DNA from: Bacilli bacterium
Lineage (GTDB): Bacteria; Bacillota_I; Bacilli_A; ML615J-28; CAG-698
Assembly (NCBI GenBank): GCA_050177775.1
Contig: JBFXGS010000001.1
Coordinates: forward strand, 1-56,335
Direction of reading: 5' to 3'
DNA length: 56,335 nucleotides
A program made the translations under genes and the position numbers. Position 1 is the stretch's first letter; each line of letters begins with the position of its first letter. Shown in pieces: positions 19,505 through 27,774 of this stretch. The notes beneath the pieces were generated by a model. That model made no database searches, had not been told where the DNA came from, and worked only from the letters and a program-made list of their open reading frames with translations.

Positions 19505-19980
19505 AAGAAGAAAAAACCAATGTTGTTAGACTTCTGGAAGCCAAAAAAATCACTTTTCGCCTTTATCACTATCCTCATTCTGACCAAGCCCTCGATGGCG
19601 AGATGGTTGCGAAACTAATCAATAAGGATCCAAAACAAGTGTTTAAAACCCTTGTTGCAAGAGCAAAGCACCAAGTATATGTTTTCATGATTCCCGTTTT
19701 TGACAGTTTAGATTTGAAAAAAGCTTCTTTTGTTGTCAATGAAAAAAGTTTAGAGTTGGTGGGAGTTAATGAACTTTTGCCGTTAACAGGCTATGTTCGG
19801 GGTGGTTGTAGTCCCATTGGTATGCGTTATAAATATCCCACTTACATTGATGAAAAAGTGAAAGATAATGATTCCTTAATTTTTAGTGCAGGAAAAATTG
19901 GGGTTCAAGTTGAATTATCATTAGAAGATTTAGAAAAAGTGATACCGCTAAAACTTGGTAAGCTGGTAGTATCAAATTAG
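19501..19980 (+). CDS. ybaK: Cys-tRNA(Pro)/Cys-tRNA(Cys) deacylase
   Basis: 159 aa YbaK/EbsC-like protein (TNVVRLLEAKKI, KTLV, GGCSPIG). ATGA overlap with yccF. Confidence 0.85.
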   Translation: MKEEKTNVVRLLEAKKITFRLYHYPHSDQALDGEMVAKLINKDPKQVFKTLVARAKHQVYVFMIPVFDSLDLKKASFVVNEKSLELVGVNELLPLTGYVRGGCSPIGMRYKYPTYIDEKVKDNDSLIFSAGKIGVQVELSLEDLEKVIPLKLGKLVVSN

Positions 19981-19999
19981 AAAGAGACTAGAATTCATT

Positions 20000-20812
20000 A
20001 TGAATTGGTTTGAAAAATTAATAGATTTCTTAAGTTATCAATTGCCGAGCGCACCCCAACCTTATGAAGCTTTCCATTTATTTTTTTTATTTTTAACAAT
20101 CTTCATTTGCATCATCATTGCTTTAAAATTATCCCATAGCAGCGATAAGCAAGATAAAAAATTATTACTGTTTTTTAGTGTTTTATTATTAAGTTTCGAA
20201 GTATACAAACAATTTGTTTTTACAATTGAAGGTAATGTTTGGGATTATCAGTGGTATGCTTTTCCATTTCAGTTTTGCTCAGTCCCGATGTATGTGGCTT
20301 TTATCACCGTTTTTTTAAAACCCGGAAAAGTCAAAAATGCCTTTTATAATTTTTTAGGTACTTTTTGTTTGTTTGCTGGTTTGGCAGCGATGTTCTATCC
20401 AAACGATGTTTTCATTCCGACGTTAGGTATTAGCATTCAAACGATGGTTCATCATGGCTCCATGGTTATTATTGGCTTTTATTGTTTAATTTCAGGAAGA
20501 ACCAATCTTCATTCCAAAAGCATAATTGGAAGCGCCATTATTTTTACAGGGTTATTTTTTATGGCATTAGGAATGAACTTATTGTTTAAAAATATTGGAG
20601 AGACATTTAACATGTTTTTTATCAGCCCCTATTTTTCATGCCATTTACCGGTTTTATCACAAATTCAAAGTCAGTTTGGCTACTATGCCTTTTTGGTAAC
20701 CTATTTAGTCGGGTTCATCGGTATCGCTTATGTTATTCTTTTGGTTGCGATGGGAATCAGAAATTGGCACTACAAGACCAAGAATTTTAGGAAGTTTGTT
20801 AAGGCAAATTAA
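20000..20812 (+). CDS. Polytopic integral membrane protein (YwaF/TIGR02206-like, tentative)
   Basis: 270 aa with about 7 hydrophobic helices and no catalytic motif recognised. Confidence 0.5.
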   Translation: MNWFEKLIDFLSYQLPSAPQPYEAFHLFFLFLTIFICIIIALKLSHSSDKQDKKLLLFFSVLLLSFEVYKQFVFTIEGNVWDYQWYAFPFQFCSVPMYVAFITVFLKPGKVKNAFYNFLGTFCLFAGLAAMFYPNDVFIPTLGISIQTMVHHGSMVIIGFYCLISGRTNLHSKSIIGSAIIFTGLFFMALGMNLLFKNIGETFNMFFISPYFSCHLPVLSQIQSQFGYYAFLVTYLVGFIGIAYVILLVAMGIRNWHYKTKNFRKFVKAN

Positions 20813-20852
20813 AAAAAAAGAAAAGCACAAATGTGCTTTTCAGACTGATGAC

Positions 20853-20885
20853 AAACCCCATTTTCAAAAGTGGGGTTTTATTTTC
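20853..20885 (+). terminator. Intrinsic terminator at the end of the housekeeping block
   Basis: AAACCCCA / TGGGGTTT stem followed by a T-run. Preceded by a second hairpin GAAAAGCAC-AAAT-GTGCTTTTC at 20820-20841. Confidence 0.75.
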
Positions 20886-20980
20886 TGCCCACATCAGCAG
20901 CAAATAAATATAAAAACATGCTTATTCGATAGAAAAATATGACTATTTTGTGTTTTGTTCCACTTTATAACGAAATAAAA

Positions 20981-21005
20981 AGAGCGTTGACTTTGTCAAC
21001 GCTCT
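20981..21005 (-). terminator. Intrinsic terminator of the minus-strand DUF4127 gene
   Basis: AGAGCGTTGAC / GTCAACGCTCT 11-bp stem, followed on the minus strand by a T-run. Confidence 0.75.
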
Positions 21006-21025
21006 GAAAAGCACAAATGTTTTTT

Positions 21026-22492
21026 TTAATTTTCAATCGTTATTTTTATTTCGAAAGCACGATTCCAAGGGAAACAAGCGTTATAATTTAATGGGAACAA
21101 AGGGTCCGATAAAGCATGAAGATTTGTCTGCAACAATTGAATTAATTCTTTACTTGGTTTAAAGTCAAAGATATTGAGCAAGTTGGAATGCAAATACTGA
21201 TGAATTTTTGGTCTGACGATATCTTGGTAAAAGCAATCATCAATAATCCGTTCGAGTAAAAATTGATGACATAGTTCGTGGTTCGTAAAGTGTTTATCAC
21301 AAGTAATTAAAGCGGTTGCTAAAAGGCTACCAGTGGCATTTGATGCGGTATTCCACCCGCTGAACCCCTTCAATTTTAAGAAATCAATTTGTTTTAACAA
21401 TTGATAGCAAGCCCCGTTGGGAGCATTAATATCAAGTAAAAAAACAGGAATGTTATCTTTTAAGATGATATTTAATTTGTCAATAAACGCCAGAGTATCG
21501 GGATCAAAAGATATTTCGAGCGGTTTTTCTCGATCGCACACTTCCATTTTCTGCGAGTTGTTGCTTTGGAAAACAGCAAGAACAAAGGATGCGGAAGCAA
21601 AATCATCGGTTCTTTTCATGCTAAGAATGGACGTCATTTTTTGCAGGTTTTCGATATACGGGCGATCTTCAAACGGTAAGGGGTTTTTTAATAATTCTTC
21701 ATTGGGATGTAAAAGGAAATAAGTTAAATCTTGTTTTCTTATCTCGCGAATGATTTTGGCAAGTATAAAGCAGCTGGCTTCATCGGTTCCATTATAAAGC
21801 CAAGCTTTAGTCGCTAATTGACCTTCTTTTATTTTTGCTTCTAAAAGATCGTGTTCCAATGTTTGTAAACCATTGGGCATGGAGTCTTCTTGTAGGAGCA
21901 GCAAGAAATCAATTTTGTTTTGTTTTAATAAATCAAGGATGATTTTATTGACCTCATGTTTTTTAATCCGGGCAATTTCGTATGTTTTAAGAATATCAAT
22001 TGGTATTTTAGAACTAATTTCTTGAAACTTTTCATAATCAGAAGGGTTTTTATATCTGAGAAATTGTCCTTTATACCGACTAAATTCATTTATTAATTTC
22101 CAATATTGGGTTGTTTTCTCATCAAAAGTTGATATTGAAGTCCGAAGAACGGTATCAAAAGCGTAAATCTTTAATTTTGGATTAAGCGTTTTTAAACTTT
22201 TTAAAAACTTTATTTTATAATCAAGTTCTTCGACCGAATAATTGGCCTTTCGGCTTTGAATTAAACCACCGCTAATAAGACTGTCAATTGGACAAATCAA
22301 ATAATCTAAATGGTTTACTTCATTTTTAAGAAAGTTTTGAATAGCGGTGAAATCAAGTTTTGAGTGCAGAGTTCCAAGCAAGTTTTTTTCCATCGTTATT
22401 AGGTTGATGTTGGCCATTTTTGCAAGAGCAATGACCCAATCATAATTGCAAGGACGACTATCTAGCGGAATTAATCCAACATTTGTTTTCAT
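21026..22492 (-). CDS. DUF4127 family protein, paralogue 1 (divergent copy)
   Basis: 488 aa with no signal peptide. Shares IPLDSRPCNY, DSLISGGLIQSR, QEDS, SGWNTASNATGS, LLERIIDD and FPWNRAFEI with the two paralogues at 36063 and 39500. Confidence 0.65.
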   Translation of the reverse strand: MKTNVGLIPLDSRPCNYDWVIALAKMANINLITMEKNLLGTLHSKLDFTAIQNFLKNEVNHLDYLICPIDSLISGGLIQSRKANYSVEELDYKIKFLKSLKTLNPKLKIYAFDTVLRTSISTFDEKTTQYWKLINEFSRYKGQFLRYKNPSDYEKFQEISSKIPIDILKTYEIARIKKHEVNKIILDLLKQNKIDFLLLLQEDSMPNGLQTLEHDLLEAKIKEGQLATKAWLYNGTDEASCFILAKIIREIRKQDLTYFLLHPNEELLKNPLPFEDRPYIENLQKMTSILSMKRTDDFASASFVLAVFQSNNSQKMEVCDREKPLEISFDPDTLAFIDKLNIILKDNIPVFLLDINAPNGACYQLLKQIDFLKLKGFSGWNTASNATGSLLATALITCDKHFTNHELCHQFLLERIIDDCFYQDIVRPKIHQYLHSNLLNIFDFKPSKELIQLLQTNLHALSDPLFPLNYNACFPWNRAFEIKITIEN

Positions 22493-22564
22493 TATAAGCT
22501 CCTTTGTGCTCTAATTGTAACATACGAAAATCAAAAAGAGAATAAGAATATTTGCAAAAATCAA

Positions 22565-22593
22565 TTGACTAGACATTTAGTAAATGATATAAT
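22565..22593 (+). promoter_or_regulatory. Consensus sigma-A promoter of the first sugar-ABC operon, overlapping an operator-like motif
   Basis: TTGACT (22565-22570), 17 nt, TATAAT (22588-22593). The 11-mer TTGACTAGACA recurs at 41045. Confidence 0.75.
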
Positions 22594-22604
22594 CAAATGT
22601 GAGA

Positions 22605-22618
22605 TGTAAACGTTATCA
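22605..22618 (+). promoter_or_regulatory. Catabolite-responsive element (cre, CcpA site)
   Basis: TGTAAACGTTATCA matches the cre consensus TGWNANCGNTNWCA at every defined position. It lies just downstream of the -10 box. Confidence 0.7.
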
Positions 22619-22676
22619 GATCGCGTTTACTGTCCGTTAGGGAAACCTAATTATCTATAAAGAAAAGGAGAAAAAG

Positions 22677-24221
22677 ATGTTTAAGAAACTAATGATTGCT
22701 GTTTTAATGATCGTTTCTGTTTTCATGTTTGTCGGCTGTAATCAAGACGATGACATTGTTGAAAGTTTGGATTCCATTAAAATTTATGGCCCGTTTGACA
22801 CGTTCGACCCTGAAACCGATTATGTTCACCAATTAATAAAAGACATAACCGGTGTTGATGTTGATTATGACTTTTTACCACAGGATGGTGCTTCCGCAAA
22901 TACAAAATTGTATTTAGACATTGCCGGACAAGCACAATATCATCTTTTAAAACTTGCTCCTACTCAATTTGATCAATTACGTGCTGTTGGAGCACTGCTT
23001 GATATTACGGAATTACTAGAAGAATATGCCCCAAATATTACCAGTTCCGTAACTGAAGAAGTATGGAAAACAGCAACTTTTGATGGAAAAATCTATGGTG
23101 TTCCACAAAAGAATCCATCAAATAACATCAACAGTGCCTTATTCTTAAGAAAAGATATTTTTGTTGAGAATGATGTGGCATTGCCAACAACTTTAACTGA
23201 ATTTAAAGAAGCTTTAGTAGCTTTAAAAACAAAACTTGGTTCAGCATTTGTACCTTTCAGTGCAAGTTCTCATAATATTGAACCAATCAGAGGAGCGTTC
23301 GGGATTGTAACCGACTGGGTTCCACAAATTGATGGCAGTTTAAAATACTGGACGCAAACCGAAGCTTTCCAAGACTATGCCGATTATATGAAAGAATTAG
23401 TTGATTTGGGAGTTATGCAAGATGGTTACTTAACAATTCCTAATTATGGTGCAAATAGCCGTGCCGGATTGCAAAATGGGACTGTTGGTGTTACACTAGA
23501 TGCATGGTGGAGTGGTAATGGCATCATTAATGGCATCGCTGCTTCGGAAGGAAAAACTGAAGAATATGTCATCGAACACGCGTCAGAATATTTACATTTC
23601 ATTGATTCATTATTAGGCGATGTCAACTATGGTACTCCAGGAAAAGGCCAAGCCAAAATGGATTACTCCATTACATATTTCTATGCTATTCCAAAATACA
23701 TGGGAAATACCGCGATGGCGGTTATTAAATGGATGAATGAAAAAATGGATCCCGTTAATTTCAAACGTTTAACAATCGGTGAAGAAAACGTTCATCATAC
23801 CCTTGTTGACGGAAAATATTTCCCAATTTTAACGCCTGATGCCAATAATAAAGTTCCGTTTGATTCTTTCAATAAGGCCGATTATTTCTTAACAGGAATT
23901 CGTGAAGCTGATTACTCATTATATTGGCAATGCCGTGCCCGTAAGAATCCTCGTCAACAATTTGTTTGGGAAGGCATGAATACGGAAGCTCAAAAAACTG
24001 CGGTGGGAATTTATGACCGTGTTGGTTTAGCGCCTGGTTTCTTAATTTATGGAGCTAACAAAACAAAATTATCACAACTCACGACTGATTATTTGGTTAG
24101 TGTTATTACTGGTCAAGGAACACAAATGACACAAACGGAATTTAATGCGAAACTAGTTGCGGAAGCGCAATTAACAGAAAGCATTGCGGAAGTCAATGCT
24201 TGGTATGCGACACTTGAATAA
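22677..24221 (+). CDS. ABC transporter extracellular solute-binding lipoprotein (large LplA-type, CUT1)
   Basis: 514 aa. Signal peptide with lipobox FVGC. Size and context of large sugar SBPs, and followed by LplB/LplC-type permeases. Confidence 0.85.
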   Translation: MFKKLMIAVLMIVSVFMFVGCNQDDDIVESLDSIKIYGPFDTFDPETDYVHQLIKDITGVDVDYDFLPQDGASANTKLYLDIAGQAQYHLLKLAPTQFDQLRAVGALLDITELLEEYAPNITSSVTEEVWKTATFDGKIYGVPQKNPSNNINSALFLRKDIFVENDVALPTTLTEFKEALVALKTKLGSAFVPFSASSHNIEPIRGAFGIVTDWVPQIDGSLKYWTQTEAFQDYADYMKELVDLGVMQDGYLTIPNYGANSRAGLQNGTVGVTLDAWWSGNGIINGIAASEGKTEEYVIEHASEYLHFIDSLLGDVNYGTPGKGQAKMDYSITYFYAIPKYMGNTAMAVIKWMNEKMDPVNFKRLTIGEENVHHTLVDGKYFPILTPDANNKVPFDSFNKADYFLTGIREADYSLYWQCRARKNPRQQFVWEGMNTEAQKTAVGIYDRVGLAPGFLIYGANKTKLSQLTTDYLVSVITGQGTQMTQTEFNAKLVAEAQLTESIAEVNAWYATLE

Positions 24222-24246
24222 TTAATCCGAATTCGGAGGTAAGTCA

Positions 24247-24885
24247 ATGTTAAACAGAGCACTTTTTGTTTTGGGGCGTTTATTTTTATTAAATGTCATA
24301 TATATTCTAACGGTTGCTTTTAGCCTAGGAATATTAGTTGCCCCGGCAACAAGTGCTCTTTTCTATTGTACAAAAGATTTACTAAACAAAGATACCAAGG
24401 AATATGGGTTTCTTAAGCAATATATGAATATCATAAAAACCAAATTTCGTTTTAGTTTTTGGTTCGGTTTAATGGCAGCCTTAATTCTTTATCTTTGTAT
24501 TGTTAATCTCGATAACGTGTTATTAATGAATTATCCTTCTTGGTTGTTAAAGACAATTGTCGTTTTCCAGTATATCATCATTGTTGAAACTTCTTTAATG
24601 ACCGTCATGGTTCTTTTTTTAAATGGTTTGTTTTTATTTTCTAAGTTTTCTGATTTGTTGAAAATGGCTTTTTTTATTCTTCATCGTCATTTTTTTACAA
24701 CCTTAATCATGGTTATTACCATTACCGTTTTAGTATATGTTTTTGTTTTTTATCTTAATGCCTTTTTGTTGCTGTTATTTTTTAGTGTCGTTTATCTTTG
24801 GATAAATTTATTATATTGGCCCATCGTTAATAAATACATTGTTAAGAAGGAGGAAAAACCAGAATATGAGCAAAAAGCCGAATAA
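24247..24885 (+). CDS. DUF624 (YesL-like) membrane protein
   Basis: 212 aa. N-terminal LNVIYILTVAFSLGILVAPATSALF pattern typical of YesL-family proteins in sugar ABC operons. Confidence 0.7.
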   Translation: MLNRALFVLGRLFLLNVIYILTVAFSLGILVAPATSALFYCTKDLLNKDTKEYGFLKQYMNIIKTKFRFSFWFGLMAALILYLCIVNLDNVLLMNYPSWLLKTIVVFQYIIIVETSLMTVMVLFLNGLFLFSKFSDLLKMAFFILHRHFFTTLIMVITITVLVYVFVFYLNAFLLLLFFSVVYLWINLLYWPIVNKYIVKKEEKPEYEQKAE

Positions 24886-25804
24886 GTTGTTAAAACATTT
24901 AAATCAGTACGGCGCTTTGTATTTTTTCTTAATCCCGGGATTAGTTCTAGTTGCCATTTTTAACTATGTTCCGATGGCCGGAATTGTCATTGCCTTTAAA
25001 AACTATGATATTTTTGCCGGAAGGACCCCAATCGAATCCATCATCAAAAGTGATTGGGTCGGGTTAGCTCATTTTAAAGAGTTGTTCAGTAATACCGATT
25101 TTACCAACGCCTTTGAAAACACATTAATAATCAGTACTTACAAAATTGTCTTTCTATTTCCGATTCCCATCATCTTAGCGATTATGATAACCGACATCAA
25201 AGCCTTGTGGTACAAAAAAGTGATTCAAACCGTCTTATATTTGCCGCACTTTTTATCATGGATTGTTGTTACCGCGTTATTTATTCAAATCCTTGGACCT
25301 TATGGAGTTATCAATAATTGGCTAAAAAGTTTGAACATTATCGAGCATTCCCTGGCTTTCTTTGGAAACAACGATATTTTCCGCGGTTTAATTGTCATCT
25401 CCGCGGGTTGGAAAGAAGTCGGTTGGAATGCGATTATATATATTGCTGCCATTACGGGGATTAATCCCCAACTATTTGAAGCGGCAAAGATTGATGGTGC
25501 CAGTAAAATGCAACAAGTGTTTTATATTACCATCCCGTCCATTGCCAATACGATTGTGATGTTGTTTATTTTAAGAATCGGCGCCATTTTGGATGCCGGA
25601 TTCGACCAAATTTTTAACATGTATTCCTATGTTGTTTATGATAAAGGTGATATTTTATCAACACTAGTTTACCGTTCAGGTATCGGACAACAAAATTATA
25701 GTTTTGCGACGGCGGTTGGTTTATTCAATTCCGTTGTTGCTTTAATTATGGTCCTTGGTGGAAACTATTTATCACGCAAAATCTTTAAGAAAGGACTGTG
25801 GTAA
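24866..25804 (+). CDS. Sugar ABC transporter permease (LplB-like)
   Basis: EAA loop EAAKIDGASKMQQVFYITIP and 6 TM helices. Start at ATG 24866 with an AAGGAGGA RBS. Confidence 0.9.
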   Translation: MSKKPNKLLKHLNQYGALYFFLIPGLVLVAIFNYVPMAGIVIAFKNYDIFAGRTPIESIIKSDWVGLAHFKELFSNTDFTNAFENTLIISTYKIVFLFPIPIILAIMITDIKALWYKKVIQTVLYLPHFLSWIVVTALFIQILGPYGVINNWLKSLNIIEHSLAFFGNNDIFRGLIVISAGWKEVGWNAIIYIAAITGINPQLFEAAKIDGASKMQQVFYITIPSIANTIVMLFILRIGAILDAGFDQIFNMYSYVVYDKGDILSTLVYRSGIGQQNYSFATAVGLFNSVVALIMVLGGNYLSRKIFKKGLW

Positions 25805-25805
25805 T

Positions 25806-26672
25806 ATGCTTGAATCAAGGAATGATAAGATTTTTAGTATTATTGTTTACATCATATTATCGATATTTGGATTATCGATAACCCTTCCGTTCCTTAATTT
25901 ATTAGCAACATCGCTTTCGGATCAAGTCGCGGTATCGAACGGGAGTGTGTCTTTTTGGCCCAAAAATTTTACATTAAGTGCTTATCAATTTGTTATTCAA
26001 AATGAACAATTTTGGAACGGACTAAAGACGACCGTCTTTGTGACTTTTGTCGGAACCGGCTTAGCGATGGTCGTAACCACACTTGTTGCTTATCCGTTAA
26101 GTCTTCCTAAATTCCGTGTTCGCAAAATCTTTTTAATTATATTCATCATCGTGATGCTCTTCAATGGCGGGTTAATTCCCACCTATTTACTAATCAATCA
26201 AATTGGACTGAGAAATAATCGTTGGGCGCTCATATTGCCATCTTTGATTTCAACTTATAACATGTTGTTAATTAAAAATTATTTTGAAACTCTTCCCGAA
26301 GCTCTTTATGAATCGGCTAAAATTGATGGAGCTTCCGAATTTCAAATCTTTTTAAAAATCACTTTGCCGCTATCTTTACCGACGCTTGCTACGGTTGCTT
26401 TATTCTATGCGGTGGGTTTTTGGAATGCCTATGTTAATGGGATGCTCTATATTTCGACGCCAAGCAAAATGCCTTTGCAAACTTATTTACAAACGCTCTT
26501 AAATATGGCTTATATTCCGGCTCATGAATTATCTCCGGAAGTCGCAGAAAGCCTTTCAACGGAATCGATTCGTGCCGCCACCATTTTCTCAGCCACCATT
26601 CCTATTTTGATTTTATATCCTTTCTTACAAAAATATTTTGTGAAAGGATTAGTGTTGGGTTCGGATAAATAA
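25806..26672 (+). CDS. Sugar ABC transporter permease (LplC-like)
   Basis: EAA loop ESAKIDGASEFQIFLKITLP. Start at ATG 25806, immediately after the upstream stop. Confidence 0.9.
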   Translation: MLESRNDKIFSIIVYIILSIFGLSITLPFLNLLATSLSDQVAVSNGSVSFWPKNFTLSAYQFVIQNEQFWNGLKTTVFVTFVGTGLAMVVTTLVAYPLSLPKFRVRKIFLIIFIIVMLFNGGLIPTYLLINQIGLRNNRWALILPSLISTYNMLLIKNYFETLPEALYESAKIDGASEFQIFLKITLPLSLPTLATVALFYAVGFWNAYVNGMLYISTPSKMPLQTYLQTLLNMAYIPAHELSPEVAESLSTESIRAATIFSATIPILILYPFLQKYFVKGLVLGSDK

Positions 26673-27097
26673 TGAAAGATTCTTTGAAAATCTTTTTATT
26701 AAGGTCGTGGGTCATTGGAGTTGTGGTCGTGGTTGGGCATTTTATGATGAAATTACAGCACTTGTCGATTGGTCTTATTTTAGGAGTAATTAATACCTTT
26801 TTAGTAGACTTGGTTGTTTTAACGATTTTAAAAGGAAATCAAACCCACTTTCCGAAAGGTTGGAAATTGTTTTTACGAACAATTCTTAATATTGTGACCG
26901 CCATTGGTCTTAGTTTAATTATTCGCTTAATAGATTTAGCACTTTTAAATAAAGGTTTAATTACCATGCCCATTGAAACTTTTCGTTTTATTGCTTATTA
27001 CCAAGTAATGTATTATTTTGGTTTCTTTGTTTATAAAAAAATCTTGGTCATAATAGAGAGGAAAAAATATGAGTCGAATACTAACAAGCCTTCATAA
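26672..27097 (+). CDS. Small hypothetical membrane protein (about 4 TM)
   Basis: 141 aa, hydrophobic, with no recognisable motif. Its start overlaps the permease stop by 1 nt. Confidence 0.5.
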   Translation: MKDSLKIFLLRSWVIGVVVVVGHFMMKLQHLSIGLILGVINTFLVDLVVLTILKGNQTHFPKGWKLFLRTILNIVTAIGLSLIIRLIDLALLNKGLITMPIETFRFIAYYQVMYYFGFFVYKKILVIIERKKYESNTNKPS

Positions 27098-27761
27098 TAA
27101 GCCCATGACGTTAGTTGTCAGTTTACCCGAAAACACTTATGAGATGGCCAAAGCCGCATGGGAAGCGCAAGCAGATGCCATCAAAGTTCACATTAATCTT
27201 TTTCATAATGCCAGCCTTGTCAAGTTTGGTTCTTTAGAAGAACAACGACCGGTTTTAGAAAAAATAATTCACGATTCACCGGTTCCGGTCGGAATCGTTG
27301 CCGGCCAAGACACAAAAACAAGCGAAGCAGTCATTGAAGAACTTGTGAAAATGGGATTTGATTTTATATCTTTGTATGGTCATCATATGCCAGTCTCGTT
27401 AGTTAATCGTCGAGATGTTTCTAATTTATTTGCCATTGATTATAGTTATTCTTTAGAAGAAGTTAAAACCATTACCAATTCTTTTATTGCGGATATTTTA
27501 GAATTATCCATTCTACCTCATGAAGAATATGGACAAAGGTTAAATGCCCGCGATTTGAGTAGATACTTAGCGTTTTCACAAATATCAAGCATTCCAACGC
27601 TTCTTCCTTCACAGCGTTTACTTTTGCCTAGTGATGTAAACATGATTGCAAAATGCGGGGTGAAGGCGATTATGATTGGCGCAATCGTTTTTGGTCATGA
27701 TTTGGATCAAATGTCCAAACAAATAATGCAGTTTAAACAAGCCATCAATCAATTAAATTAA
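27069..27761 (+). CDS. Hypothetical cytoplasmic protein, possibly a (beta/alpha)8 phosphate-binding barrel
   Basis: 230 aa. Alternating beta-alpha pattern (LVVSLP, ADAIKVH, PVGIVAGQ, DFISLYG, ILELSIL, IPTLLPSQ, GVKAIMIGAIVFG), reminiscent of NanE/ribulose-phosphate-binding barrels. AGAGGAAAA RBS. Confidence 0.45.
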   Translation: MSRILTSLHNKPMTLVVSLPENTYEMAKAAWEAQADAIKVHINLFHNASLVKFGSLEEQRPVLEKIIHDSPVPVGIVAGQDTKTSEAVIEELVKMGFDFISLYGHHMPVSLVNRRDVSNLFAIDYSYSLEEVKTITNSFIADILELSILPHEEYGQRLNARDLSRYLAFSQISSIPTLLPSQRLLLPSDVNMIAKCGVKAIMIGAIVFGHDLDQMSKQIMQFKQAINQLN

Positions 27762-27774
27762 AGGGGGATTAAAA

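Noticed and set aside
20730-20942. 70-aa plus-strand ORF spanning the end of the membrane protein gene and the intergenic hairpins
   Set aside because: It overlaps a better-supported gene and runs through two terminator hairpins. It has no RBS.
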